From: a virus
Taxonomy: Duplodnaviria > Caudoviricetes
Length of the DNA stretch: 37,205 bases
Virus record (IMG/VR): IMGVR_UViG_3300037524_001078
Coordinates: 1 to 37,205 of that record
Direction: 5' to 3' (one strand)
Part shown: one piece after another, positions 6,128-15,168 of the stretch
How the letters are laid out: every line of letters begins with the position of its first letter
Position numbering within the stretch: position 1 is the stretch's first letter
Translations under genes and position numbers: made by a program
Notes under the pieces: model-generated
Seen by the model: the letters and a program-made list of their open reading frames with translations, nothing else
Databases searched by the model: none
What the model was told of the DNA's origin: nothing

Positions 6128-7422
6128 TTTCCCGCTTTCTCTGCTGCCTCCGTCAGCGTGCGGATGATCTCTGCCGCCCTATCGCGTGTCAGGTCCAGCG
6201 GATTGGTCGATCCGCCGGTGTGCTTCGCAATGCCCTGCTCGAACCGCTCGAGCGACAACCCCAGGCGTTGCTTGAGTTCCACGAGCTGTGCCGCCTGCTC
6301 CGGCGTGCACTTGCCGTCCGGCGTGATGCCGTGGCTTTCGGCTTCCGGTTCGTCCAGATCGAACGGCGGCTCTTCCGGCTTCTCGACAGCCGCCTTGACG
6401 GTTTCAGCCGCCTTCTGCTGGGACGACACGTCGATCGGCTGCGGTGCCGCGGCGGCCTTCGTTTCGGACATCTGCCGCAGTTCGGCCTGCCGCGTCAGCC
6501 TCTCGAGTGCCGATGCTTCGGCGTCTGCTTTGGCCTGGGCGATCTGCCGCTCGATCTCGAGCTTGTCGATTTCGCTGACCGCCTCTTCGACGACCCGTTC
6601 GTTGGTCTTCAGTTTACCGTAGTCGGCCGGCTTCTGGACGTATTCGCGGATCTTGCTCGGCGAACAGTCGTCGAACGCCGGCGGGAGATACGGCAGAATG
6701 ACCGGCTCCATCGTTTGCTGGTCGAACGACGTGTACGACAACCGATCCTTGAGCTTTTTGTGGCATCGCGGCTTGGCGGACACCTTGCCTGTCTTCGGGT
6801 CCGGCGACCGGTCGAGCCAGAGGTAGAGGCTCGCCAGTTCGAGCAGCGTCGTCTTGCCGCCCGGCTTATCCTTCGACGTGGGCTTGCCGTTGACCCAGTC
6901 CTTTTTCAGGTGTGCCGTGAATATGAACGTCTCACAGCGGCTGGCGAGGTCGGCCAGCAGCCGCTTCCAGTGCTCGCGGACCTTCGACCAGAAGATGCCG
7001 CCGGTGATCACGAACGACTTCTCGCTCGAGAACCCGTGCTTGGCGTATTCGCTGGCCACGAAGTCAACCAGTCCGCTTTCGATGTCGGTGATCGGGTCCG
7101 CCACAATCACGGCGTAACTGCCCGGCTGAATCGCCAGTACGTCCTGCTGCCACCAGCGAAAGACGTCGATCGGGCGGTACTCCTTCTGGCCGAACAGTCC
7201 ACGCATAGTGGCCGGCACGTCGACGTAGTCGAAGTCCAGCCCGCGATAGCCGCTGGCCGACAGTTCGAAGTCGTACACCCGCGTCCGCTTCTGGCCCGGT
7301 GCGATCGACAGAGCGAACAGCGTCTTGCCGGACTGGTATTTGCCGGTGACGCCAATGACCGGGATTCTCACGGCTTCTCCGTAAGAATTCGTCCCCCAAA
7401 CTCCTGACACATTCTCGACCAT
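6124..7422 (-). CDS. P-loop AAA ATPase, Sak4/AAA_24-like recombination protein
   Basis: Walker A GKYQSGKT, VYDFE, IVADPIT and FIFTAH. Start ATG 7422 with a GGAGG RBS. Adjacent to SSB-like and exonuclease genes. Confidence 0.75.
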   Translation of the reverse strand: MVENVSGVWGTNSYGEAVRIPVIGVTGKYQSGKTLFALSIAPGQKRTRVYDFELSASGYRGLDFDYVDVPATMRGLFGQKEYRPIDVFRWWQQDVLAIQPGSYAVIVADPITDIESGLVDFVASEYAKHGFSSEKSFVITGGIFWSKVREHWKRLLADLASRCETFIFTAHLKKDWVNGKPTSKDKPGGKTTLLELASLYLWLDRSPDPKTGKVSAKPRCHKKLKDRLSYTSFDQQTMEPVILPYLPPAFDDCSPSKIREYVQKPADYGKLKTNERVVEEAVSEIDKLEIERQIAQAKADAEASALERLTRQAELRQMSETKAAAAPQPIDVSSQQKAAETVKAAVEKPEEPPFDLDEPEAESHGITPDGKCTPEQAAQLVELKQRLGLSLERFEQGIAKHTGGSTNPLDLTRDRAAEIIRTLTEAAEKAGK

Positions 7423-7492
7423 TGTGCAGCCCTCCCACGCGAAAACCCGATTCTCTTTCACTGCCGCTATCGGCTTGGTTTGACAATTGGAG

Positions 7493-7520
7493 ATTGTACC
7501 GACATCGGCACTATCGGCAA
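7493..7520 (-). promoter_or_regulatory. Sigma70-type promoter for the recombination/replication operon
   Basis: TTGCCG-16 nt-TACAAT on -. The spacer contains TGCCGAT, and an A/T-tract region lies upstream. Confidence 0.55.
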
Positions 7521-7600
7521 TGGAAAGCGGCGGAAATTTTCCAGATTTTCTGGTCCGGAAAACGTCCGCCGCCCATACTCCACCTCCGTGCGACCGGTTG

Positions 7601-8395
7601 TCAGAATCCCAGCCGTTTGGCGACTGCCATCGTCATGTCGATGTCGCCCGTCAGATAGGCGACCGCTGTATCGCGTTCCTCGTCCCACAGGCGGGCGAAA
7701 TCAGCCCCTTCGCCGCCAACCTTGCCACCGACACCGAGGAACTTCGCCACGCGTTCCAGGCCCGCGTAGGCCCCGTATTCGCCCGAGCACCACTCAACCA
7801 TCAGATCGACGACCGACTCGTGCCAGTTGCGGCCCCGCTTGAGCAGCTCCGTTGGCACCGGCAGACCGTGCAGGTAGGATCGCTTGCGGCAGAATGGCAG
7901 GTCGAACTTGTGGCAATTCCAGCCCACAAGCTGGCCGTTGTTTCGCACGACGCTGTAGAAGATGGACCACAGTTCCGTCAGCAGGTCGGCCTCGTCGGCC
8001 GCATGGATGATCCGGCGGCCGTCGGCGTCACCGTATCCGATCACGAGCACGCTGCCACGCAGCGGATCGAGGGCCGCCTTCTCAATGTACTCCCGTTCGT
8101 ACTCCGCCTTCTTTTTCTGCCAGTTGACGGCGTGCATTTCGCGGGCGGTGGCAAGTTTCTCGGCGATCTTTCTGGCGTCTTTCAAGTTCCCGATTTTCAC
8201 GGCCGCTTCGTCGAACGGCTCGAGCGGCGGAAACGGCTGCATGTCGGCCAGCAGTAAACTTTCGTCGAGAGGTGCCGTTTCGATGTCGAACGCCACCAGA
8301 CCGTTTGGGTTCAAAGCCTCCACGACCGAATCGGCCATCACGTCGGCGTAGCTGGCAATCCGGTCGACGTCCAGGTTCCGCAAGTCCAGTTCCAT
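7601..8395 (-). CDS. 3'-5' exonuclease, PolB-like (DEDD/RNase H fold)
   Basis: ExoI AFDIET, ExoII LVGWNCHKFDLPF and ExoIII YLTGDI. Likely start is ATG 8395. Confidence 0.85.
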   Translation of the reverse strand: MELDLRNLDVDRIASYADVMADSVVEALNPNGLVAFDIETAPLDESLLLADMQPFPPLEPFDEAAVKIGNLKDARKIAEKLATAREMHAVNWQKKKAEYEREYIEKAALDPLRGSVLVIGYGDADGRRIIHAADEADLLTELWSIFYSVVRNNGQLVGWNCHKFDLPFCRKRSYLHGLPVPTELLKRGRNWHESVVDLMVEWCSGEYGAYAGLERVAKFLGVGGKVGGEGADFARLWDEERDTAVAYLTGDIDMTMAVAKRLGF

Positions 8396-8490
8396 GGCAA
8401 CCCCCGCATGGTAATAAATGGTAATAACGTCCGCCCTGGCGGTGCTCGCCACACGCGAGCGAGAGCAAACAAAGGCGGAAATGGTGTTCT

Positions 8491-8691
8491 TTAATTCCCG
8501 CCAGGACGGACTGTTTTCGCACGGCGATCCTCGTGGAGCAGCCGGTAGATTTCCTTGCGATGGACCGAGACGGTTTTTGGTGCTTCAATCCCGAGCCGGA
8601 CACGATCTGGCCGGATCTGGCACACCACGATTTCAATCGTTCCGTCGCCGATCACAATGCGTTCGTCTGTCTTGCGGGTGAGCACTAACAC
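8491..8691 (-). CDS. csrA: Carbon storage regulator CsrA/RsmA homologue
   Basis: (M)LVLTRKTDERIVIGD..IEIVV...DRVRLGIEAPKTVSVHRKEIY. GTG start follows AGGAGG. Confidence 0.95.
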   Translation of the reverse strand: MLVLTRKTDERIVIGDGTIEIVVCQIRPDRVRLGIEAPKTVSVHRKEIYRLLHEDRRAKTVRPGGN

Positions 8692-8847
8692 GATGCACCT
8701 CCTGTTGGTCCACTGGTCCAAACCACGGTCCTCCACGGCCGCGGGCACCGTGGAGAACTGGTGCCATCCTTGTTATTCACCGCAAGTTGACGCGGGCATC
8801 CGTTTTAGATTCCTGTTTCTGTGCCGCCACACGAGCGGCAGGGAGCA

Positions 8848-8877
8848 ATTATAGTCCTGACTACGGGACAAAAGCAA
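8848..8877 (-). promoter_or_regulatory. Putative promoter for csrA
   Basis: TTGCTT-18 nt-TATAAT on -. Confidence 0.45.
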
Positions 8878-8938
8878 GACAAAAAAAGGTCGCAGACAAA
8901 AGCCAGCGACCTTCGTGCTGTTGAGAGGCGTAGGAATT

Positions 8939-9172
8939 CTACGTGGACCGGCGCTGTCGTCGCGTCGGCCGGCTGAAATTCGGGTTGCCGACGATCCGTG
9001 GCTGGCGGGAGAATTTCTCCAGCCCCGACTCCTCGATCAGCCACTGGCGACCGACCGGGATGGCTGGAATCCGTCCCTGCCGGCAATACCGCGTGACCAA
9101 ACTGGCGTCAATCCGTAACACGTCGGCCGCCTCTCCTACGGTGTAAAAAGTGCCCGTAATCATGCGTGCCAT
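8939..9172 (-). CDS. Excisionase-like/MerR-type HTH DNA-binding protein
   Basis: FYTVGEAADVLRIDASLVTRYCRQGRIPAIPVGRQWLI matches the HTH_17/Xis pattern. Located near the integrase. Start is ATG 9172. Confidence 0.85.
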   Translation of the reverse strand: MARMITGTFYTVGEAADVLRIDASLVTRYCRQGRIPAIPVGRQWLIEESGLEKFSRQPRIVGNPNFSRPTRRQRRST

Positions 9173-9178
9173 GCCCTT

Positions 9179-9206
9179 ATTGTACCAATACTGAGACAAT
9201 AGTAAA
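9179..9206 (-). promoter_or_regulatory. Extended -10 promoter, probably giving a leaderless mRNA for the HTH gene
   Basis: TTTACT-16 nt (ending TGG)-TACAAT-AAGGGC-ATG. Confidence 0.6.
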
Positions 9207-9213
9207 GTAAAAT

Positions 9214-9299
9214 GCCGTCGCCGAGCAGTCCTAAGGTTGTGAGGGTTTGTGTCTCAGATACCTCCGGGGCCTCGCGGCTGCCCGCTACTCGACGACGGC
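9214..9299 (-). ncRNA. Candidate structured RNA 3' of the tRNA (c4-antisense-like architecture)
   Basis: 15-bp closing helix GCCGUCGUCGAGUAG / CUGCUCGGCGACGGC (G-U pairs on -) enclosing a GCC-GCGA-GGC hairpin and a second arm. Confidence 0.45.
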
Positions 9300-9304
9300 G
9301 GCAG

Positions 9305-9379
9305 TACGCCGTGCAGGGCTCGAACCTGCGACCTTGGGTTCCGTAGACCCACGCTCTAATCCAACTGAGCTAACGGCGC
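9305..9379 (-). tRNA. tRNA-Arg (ACG)
   Basis: GCGCCGT/ACGGCGT acceptor stem, D arm GCTC..GAGC, anticodon arm TGGGT-CTACGGA-ACCCA and T arm GCAGG-TTCGAGC-CCTGC. No encoded CCA. Confidence 0.93.
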
Positions 9380-9580
9380 ACTCGTCAGGCGTATAATCGT
9401 CCTGTCGCCGATACTGTTACCTATACCATGCCCCAGCCAATTGAGATGAAGCACGCAAGTGCCCTATCTCACTCTCCAATGGAGAAAAAACCGCCGTCGA
9501 TCCAATAGGCATATCGCCAGTCGCTTTTATACTTTCGCGTGGAACAAGTGGCATGGAGGCGTCTACCCCGAGGTGACGCC

Positions 9581-10417
9581 ATGAAACTCCGAGAATTCAT
9601 TGAGTTCTATCTTGCCTCGCGGGACGTATCGGACGGCTATGCCAATCAGCTCCGCTGGCTTGCCAACTCCATCCAGCGGACAATCGGCGAACAGCCCGGT
9701 GTGGAGCAATTCACGCCGGAGCTACTCAACCAGCACCTGAAAGCCACTCGCGACCGGCTGCGGCCCGAGACGCGGAAAAGCCACCGCCGGATGCTGCTCA
9801 CGCTCTGGCAGGCGGCGGCCGATGCCGGGTTGGCCCCAGAGCCAGTCCGCCGCAAGGTGATGCCGATCCGCGTCCCCGATAAACTCCAGCATGCCTGGAC
9901 GGCTGAACAGGTGCGGCTGCTGCTGGTCGGTGCCGATCGCCTGCGGGGATACTATCCGATCGGCGTCCGCAAGACGCTCTACTGGCGGTCGTATGTGCTG
10001 ACTGCCTGGGACTCCGGCCTGCGTGGCTGCGACATGCGGCGGATCAGCCGGGACGCGATCGGTGACGACGGCCGCTGTGTGCTCGTCCAGCACAAAACCG
10101 GAAGGCTGCACCGGTTTCGATTGCGACAAGAGACGGTCGCCGAGGTACGGGCGATGTTCCCGCCGGACAGGGAATTGGTCTGGCCGCTCTGGGGACGGCT
10201 GGAATTGTGGCGGCGACAGGCGAGGTTACTGGTCCAACTGGCTGGCCTGCGTGGCTCGATCGGCCAACTCCGGCACAGCAGCGGTACGGCGGTCGAGGTG
10301 AAGTATCCGGGCCGCGGGCACGAGCATTTGGGCAACACGCGGGCAGTGTTCGAACGGCACTACCTCGACCACGAGAAGATCGGTTTCGAGGCGGTGCTGC
10401 CGGAAAGTTTGCTTTGA
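9581..10417 (+). CDS. Tyrosine recombinase/integrase
   Basis: SGLRGCD (catalytic R), HKTG (K), QLRHS (HxxR box), HLGNT and RHY (catalytic Y). ATG 9581 follows GAGGTG. Confidence 0.85.
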   Translation: MKLREFIEFYLASRDVSDGYANQLRWLANSIQRTIGEQPGVEQFTPELLNQHLKATRDRLRPETRKSHRRMLLTLWQAAADAGLAPEPVRRKVMPIRVPDKLQHAWTAEQVRLLLVGADRLRGYYPIGVRKTLYWRSYVLTAWDSGLRGCDMRRISRDAIGDDGRCVLVQHKTGRLHRFRLRQETVAEVRAMFPPDRELVWPLWGRLELWRRQARLLVQLAGLRGSIGQLRHSSGTAVEVKYPGRGHEHLGNTRAVFERHYLDHEKIGFEAVLPESLL

Positions 10418-10456
10418 CTGGGTGGTGCTGGTATCTTTGCTGGAACGAGGTGCACC

Positions 10457-10654
10457 ATGCGAAAGGTTGCAGAAGTCACGTTGGCACTGTTCATCATCGC
10501 CGCCATCGCCTCCACTGCGTATCGCCTTGGATATGAAAAAGGCACGGCCGAAGAGGCAGCGCATCAGCAATTCATTCACGCAGGGGAGGAGACGATGAAA
10601 CACACCAAAAACGTACGAGAGATATTGCAGAGATTAGACCAGCCAGAGAACTAG
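10457..10654 (+). CDS. Small membrane-anchored hypothetical protein
   Basis: N-terminal hydrophobic helix and a GAGG RBS. Confidence 0.55.
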   Translation: MRKVAEVTLALFIIAAIASTAYRLGYEKGTAEEAAHQQFIHAGEETMKHTKNVREILQRLDQPEN

Positions 10655-11574
10655 CCCGCCACGTACTCCAGCCACTGCGGTGCTAGAATCCGCCAATCGG
10701 CTTTCTCCTCGATCTCACGCCGCACGCCGCGGCTTAACGGACCGAGTGCCCAGTGCCAGTCGGTCATCAGCTCCAGCAGCACGCTTTCCGCCTCGTCCAC
10801 GACCGCCGGAGCCTGCTGTGCATGCTCCCAGCCGCGGAGGATGACAAACGACTTGAACCGCTTCGAGTCGCCCGCCGGCGTGGCAATAACCGGGACGCCG
10901 GTAGCCGCCGCCTCGAGCTGCGGCATCTGGCAACCTTCGTTAGCAGACGTGCACAGCAGCACGTCCAGGCTCCGATACCATGCCGCCATCTCCATTTGGC
11001 TCAAGGCGGTCGCCGCGCTCCTGGTATTTAGTCGCCAATCGACCTGCGGCAACCGCTGCATCAGCGGCAACAAAACCTCTTGGTAGCCTTTAGGGGACGC
11101 TCCGCCGACCTGTCCACACCAGCCAACCCGGAGGTGCTTGCCGGTGGCTCGCGTGCGGGGCTGGAACGCCTCCAGATCGACGCCGGCCGGAATGTAGGTC
11201 GAGGGAGCCAGCCGCCCGCAGAACGCCTCCAGTCGCCGCGTAACGCAGATCACGCCATCGACGCCTGGTAGGTGCTGCTCCACTTCCCAGCGGTTGCGTT
11301 TGCGGGTTGTTCCCAAAGCACCTAGCGGCAACGTCATGGCGTCCGCCGCCGCCAGGACGACCCGCCGGATCGGCACTTGAATCGCATCACACCAGGACAT
11401 GAACAGCACGGCGTCGAAGTGGCAGGCACTCTCGAGCGTGAACTCCCGATGGCAGAAGAGCTGCACGGTGTACTCCGGCGGGGCATACTTCGCCAGCCCG
11501 CGAGCCATGTGGTGCCACGCCCAGCCTGGCGTGTCGTACACAATGGCAATCCGCTTTACCGACGTCGCACCCAC
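10651..11574 (-). CDS. Glycosyltransferase, GT-B (GT4-like)
   Basis: GVDLEAF, VGWCG, and the EX7E motif in TSANEGCQMPQLEAAATGVPVIAT. GTG start at 11574 follows GGAGG. Confidence 0.88.
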   Translation of the reverse strand: MGATSVKRIAIVYDTPGWAWHHMARGLAKYAPPEYTVQLFCHREFTLESACHFDAVLFMSWCDAIQVPIRRVVLAAADAMTLPLGALGTTRKRNRWEVEQHLPGVDGVICVTRRLEAFCGRLAPSTYIPAGVDLEAFQPRTRATGKHLRVGWCGQVGGASPKGYQEVLLPLMQRLPQVDWRLNTRSAATALSQMEMAAWYRSLDVLLCTSANEGCQMPQLEAAATGVPVIATPAGDSKRFKSFVILRGWEHAQQAPAVVDEAESVLLELMTDWHWALGPLSRGVRREIEEKADWRILAPQWLEYVAG

Positions 11575-12149
11575 ATCGCCTCCACGGTGCCGTAGCGGTC
11601 CGGCCGTCCGGACTTCGTCGGCAGAAACTCGTAGTGTACCTCGAGCCATGTAGGTGCCGGAAACAGGCTCTTGAGGTGTTCATGGCTGCGAATTGGATGG
11701 CAGTGCCCGTCGCTACCGCCAGTTGGCTCAATCGGCACGCCGACGAAGCACCATTCGTCGCAGGCTTGCGTGATCTGCCGGACTGCCTCTTGCTGGTCGT
11801 AGCAGTGCTCGAGGATGTGCGAGGCGTGAATGTTCCAACGGCCCGGCACGACGCTGGCGAGGTGCTCGCAGTCGCCTTGATAGACTTCGAACCCGAGTGC
11901 CCGCCCGTCTTGGCAGAACGATTCGACTACCTCCAGCCCAACGACCGGTGCGAACCCGAGATCCTGGTACTCCTGCAGTTCAAACCCATGCTGCGGTCCG
12001 ATCACCAGCACGCCGGACTTGCTCAGTCCCAGCCTGCGGACGATTTCCGTGGCGTTCTGCACGCGGCCGGCGGCACTGGCCTGCACCTCGTCACCACGCC
12101 CCACGCACCACTTGTACTGCAGTTCCTGGTAGCCGAGCGGCTGTTGCAT
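11556..12149 (-). CDS. Class I SAM-dependent methyltransferase-like protein
   Basis: VLVIGPQHG (motif I-like), VVGLE, GDCE and ASHILEH. Confidence 0.7.
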   Translation of the reverse strand: MQQPLGYQELQYKWCVGRGDEVQASAAGRVQNATEIVRRLGLSKSGVLVIGPQHGFELQEYQDLGFAPVVGLEVVESFCQDGRALGFEVYQGDCEHLASVVPGRWNIHASHILEHCYDQQEAVRQITQACDEWCFVGVPIEPTGGSDGHCHPIRSHEHLKSLFPAPTWLEVHYEFLPTKSGRPDRYGTVEAMWVRRR

Positions 12150-13120
12150 CAGATTCCCTTCAAAAAGCCAGCGATGAAACCTTCGATGATCCCCAGCAGC
12201 CGTTCACAGTATCCCGCCACGCCGTGCTGCTCCATGGCTACTTTCTGGCCTTCGAGTGCCGGCCAGTGTAGGTCGTGGTCGATAGCCGAGCGGATGACAC
12301 GCACGATTTCATCGTCGCTGGCGTCGTACTCAACGCGAACCATGTGCGGGCCCAGCGACCGTTCGAAGTCCGGCGGCACGTCCCCGATCACGCGGGCCCC
12401 GGCTTGGGCCGCTTCAACATACTTGGCAAGTCCGTAGTTGTAGATGGACGAGCAGCAGAAAACGTGCCTGGCGTTGCCCAATTCGCGAGCGTACGCCATT
12501 TGCTGGCGATCGCATTCCTGCAGGCTGCCCAACCGGTAGCCTGGATGCGGCAGCACCTTGCCCGGCAGCCGACCTGCTGCGATCAAGTCCGCAACCCGCG
12601 TCCGCAGCGGGTATACATCCGGGTTGAGTGTGCCCGTGACCAGCAGCGGCGTGGTCCGCTGAAACCACCACCTGCCGGCCGACACGAAGATTTCCGGGTC
12701 GGCACAATGCGGAATGTGGACGGCTGGCAGACCGCAGAAACGCTCGGCGTCCGCCTGATGGTGGTAGATCACCAAGTCGGTTGCGGAATTGGTGCACTCG
12801 TTCACGGCCCGATCATCTGGCCAATACGCCTCGTTGTAGATGGCCACTGCTGGGATATTCCTGGCGTACGGATCGCGGATCGCCGGAACCTTGTCCCGCA
12901 CGCTCCCCAGCGGCTTGTACCACAGAATCGCGTCAGCCAGCGGGTAGGTTGAGTTGATATTGTCTTGGATGCTGGCGGCATCGTCCCAGTCGTCCCAACC
13001 CTGCCCGCTCAAGTGGCAATGGTACCGGTCCGGTCGGATTAGGTGTCGGATCACGTCCCGCCGCCCGCTGGACATTTTCCGCTCCCAGTACACTTGCGGA
13101 TACAGGATGAGCAGTTTCAT
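12149..13120 (-). CDS. Glycosyltransferase, GT-B-like
   Basis: IPHCADPEIF, YPLR and KYVEAAQAGARVIG, within the glycosyltransferase cluster. Confidence 0.7.
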   Translation of the reverse strand: MKLLILYPQVYWERKMSSGRRDVIRHLIRPDRYHCHLSGQGWDDWDDAASIQDNINSTYPLADAILWYKPLGSVRDKVPAIRDPYARNIPAVAIYNEAYWPDDRAVNECTNSATDLVIYHHQADAERFCGLPAVHIPHCADPEIFVSAGRWWFQRTTPLLVTGTLNPDVYPLRTRVADLIAAGRLPGKVLPHPGYRLGSLQECDRQQMAYARELGNARHVFCCSSIYNYGLAKYVEAAQAGARVIGDVPPDFERSLGPHMVRVEYDASDDEIVRVIRSAIDHDLHWPALEGQKVAMEQHGVAGYCERLLGIIEGFIAGFLKGI

Positions 13121-13392
13121 TCCTCAGGCTCCCGATTGACGGTGCACAGCCCCAATGCCTCTGCGAGGTACGGAGCTGCGTCTCGTGCTGCAGCCGCCGC
13201 AGCTCGCATGCGGTCTGCGTACAGTTTGCTGTCGCTCTGCAATTCAGCCGCCACGTGAGCCGCGAGGTGGGCGTAAATCCGGCTGGCTGTCTCGGCAATG
13301 AATTGCTGAATGGACGCCTGGGCTGCATGAGCCCGTGCCATTTCCTGAGCCGCCAGCCGCAACCGGCCGTTTTCTCCTGGGAGTTCAATCAT
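13117..13392 (-). CDS. Hypothetical helical protein
   Basis: Translationally coupled ORF (MIELPGENGR...). Confidence 0.5.
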   Translation of the reverse strand: MIELPGENGRLRLAAQEMARAHAAQASIQQFIAETASRIYAHLAAHVAAELQSDSKLYADRMRAAAAAARDAAPYLAEALGLCTVNREPEE

Positions 13393-14317
13393 TCGTCGTC
13401 GCCTCCTGCACGATAGCCGCCGCCTCCGCAGTCGGCACAAGTTTCTGCACGTTCACCGTCTCCAGATCCATCGCAAGTTCGGCAGCGTTTGGGTCGCCGC
13501 TTAACAGGTCGTCCGAGCAGCAGCAGGAGCCAAGCCACATCTCGCACGCCTCCACTGGGCCAGAAACCGAAGCTGACTTCGCTGTGAATTCGCTCGAATC
13601 GTTGACCGTCTGTTTCTGCCACTTGAGAATCCTCGCGTCATCCAGAACTAACCGCAGGCCGGACACCTCCTCGGCCGCATCCAGCGTCAATCGTTTGCCG
13701 ACGTCGGTATTGGCGGACCCGTTGGCGAAGATCAGCAGTGAACCGCCTGGCCGCAGCAAGTTGTGCATGAACTCAAAAAACAGCCGCAGCTTGGCTCGCG
13801 TGATGGGAGTGTCCCGCCACGCCAGCCGTTTGCAGTCGTGGTGCAAGTGGTGCGGTTCGCCTTCCATGCAGTCGGCGAACATCTGCTCGAACGAGCCGCG
13901 CGAATTGATCAGCACGAACTGTTCGGCCCGATCGGTGATCTGCTCACCGCCTTCGCCAAACAGCAACGCATCCAAGCCGCAGAGAGTCACACACAATTTC
14001 TGTCGTGAGTGCATCAGGCTGCAGGCCCGCACATAGGCGTTGCCCATCCCGCCTTTGCCGTCCGGAGCATCCAGCCCGATGGCGTTGTGGTTGTAATAGC
14101 GAGCGATTTCCAGCAGTTCTCCGGCACCTGGGCCAAGGTCCAGCACGCAGCCGGATGACGCTTTGTACAACTCTGGGGCGTACGCATCTACGTACTCCCA
14201 GTGCTCCTGCAGCCGACGGCTGCGATTCAACTTTTTGCGGAGCCATTCGTCCGACATCAGCGTGTCCCACGCCGATTGCCATGCAGCGTTCGCTTCCAAG
14301 AGAGGCAGGTCAATCAT
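13385..14317 (-). CDS. Class I SAM-dependent methyltransferase
   Basis: VLDLGPGAG (motif I), IGLD and LLRPGGSLLI. Confidence 0.8.
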   Translation of the reverse strand: MIDLPLLEANAAWQSAWDTLMSDEWLRKKLNRSRRLQEHWEYVDAYAPELYKASSGCVLDLGPGAGELLEIARYYNHNAIGLDAPDGKGGMGNAYVRACSLMHSRQKLCVTLCGLDALLFGEGGEQITDRAEQFVLINSRGSFEQMFADCMEGEPHHLHHDCKRLAWRDTPITRAKLRLFFEFMHNLLRPGGSLLIFANGSANTDVGKRLTLDAAEEVSGLRLVLDDARILKWQKQTVNDSSEFTAKSASVSGPVEACEMWLGSCCCSDDLLSGDPNAAELAMDLETVNVQKLVPTAEAAAIVQEATTND

Positions 14318-14943
14318 CCTTGCTCCTTCGCGTTGTGGGTGCCAAACAGGTCGCGGATGGCGAACGTGATGGCAGACTCCAGATCCTCGATTGTGCTGTC
14401 ATTGCGGACGACGGCGTCCCAGTCGCTCGGTTGGAGCGAGTGCTCGCTGGCGTGGTTTCCCTCTGCATCGCAACGGAAGTTCGCCGATCGTTGGCTGACG
14501 ATGCGGATCACCTTGCCGGCGTAGTTCTTCCGAATGAGCGCCGACTCGTTGGGAAATCGCACGTCGGTGAAAACGACGTTGTTCCACGGCGGAACGTCGG
14601 CCAGACGCCGATTGGCAATGTTCAGCCAGCAGCCCTGTCCGTGGATGTCCCGCCCGCCTTCGGTGCCGTAGCGTTGCAGCAGACCGCGCACCTCAGTCTT
14701 TTCTTTGAGTGCGTCCCAGCCCCAGCGGTCGACCGCCTGTTGGAGCGAATAGTGGATGCGAGCCCCAGTCAGCCTCTGCAGAGGATGAAGCAATGCGGCG
14801 ACATTCACCGTTGGGTTAACGCCCAGTAGTCCCCAGCGAACAGGGTCGGCGAATGCCATCTTCTTCCAGCCGCGGCGAATGAGCGAATCAGCCGCCGTGT
14901 CTTTGCCGCACCTGGCCGCACCGCAGAGCCCAATCACTCGCAT
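14314..14943 (-). CDS. Deoxynucleoside monophosphate kinase
   Basis: IGLCGAARCGKDTAA P-loop, FADP, LLQRYGTE and VVFTDVRFPNE, the T4 gp1-like pattern. Confidence 0.9.
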   Translation of the reverse strand: MRVIGLCGAARCGKDTAADSLIRRGWKKMAFADPVRWGLLGVNPTVNVAALLHPLQRLTGARIHYSLQQAVDRWGWDALKEKTEVRGLLQRYGTEGGRDIHGQGCWLNIANRRLADVPPWNNVVFTDVRFPNESALIRKNYAGKVIRIVSQRSANFRCDAEGNHASEHSLQPSDWDAVVRNDSTIEDLESAITFAIRDLFGTHNAKEQG

Positions 14944-15158
14944 GCGGTTGTCCCTTTTGTCTCATTTATGTCCCTTTTGCACGTCACGATTGGAAACCGC
15001 TCGTATGGCGCATCCGCCGACGTTGGGCGCTCGATCGGGAGCGGCGGCATGGAGTTCGAACCGCACGTCACCTTTGGCGGCTCGCTGCAGATAAAACACT
15101 GCACGATCGTCGGAGCGTACACCCGTCCGCACTTGGGACAGATCCAGCCCATGTTCAT
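14934..15158 (-). CDS. Small zinc-ribbon protein
   Basis: GWICPKCGRVYAP...CFIC. Confidence 0.6.
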   Translation of the reverse strand: MNMGWICPKCGRVYAPTIVQCFICSEPPKVTCGSNSMPPLPIERPTSADAPYERFPIVTCKRDINETKGTTACE

Positions 15159-15168
15159 GGCTCTCTCC

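Noticed and set aside
6100-7407. Long + strand ORFs opposite - strand genes (e.g. 6100-7407, 3689-4642, 35293-36372)
   Set aside because: They are antisense shadows typical of high-GC coding DNA. The - strand frames carry the recognisable motifs.
9896-9913. Partial gapped match of tract 3 (TG-AC-TC-GA-CA-AT) to the integrase codons TGG ACG GCT GAA CAG GTG
   Set aside because: Only 10 of 12 bases over six units match and the flanking units do not. A few such matches are expected by chance in 37 kb on two strands.
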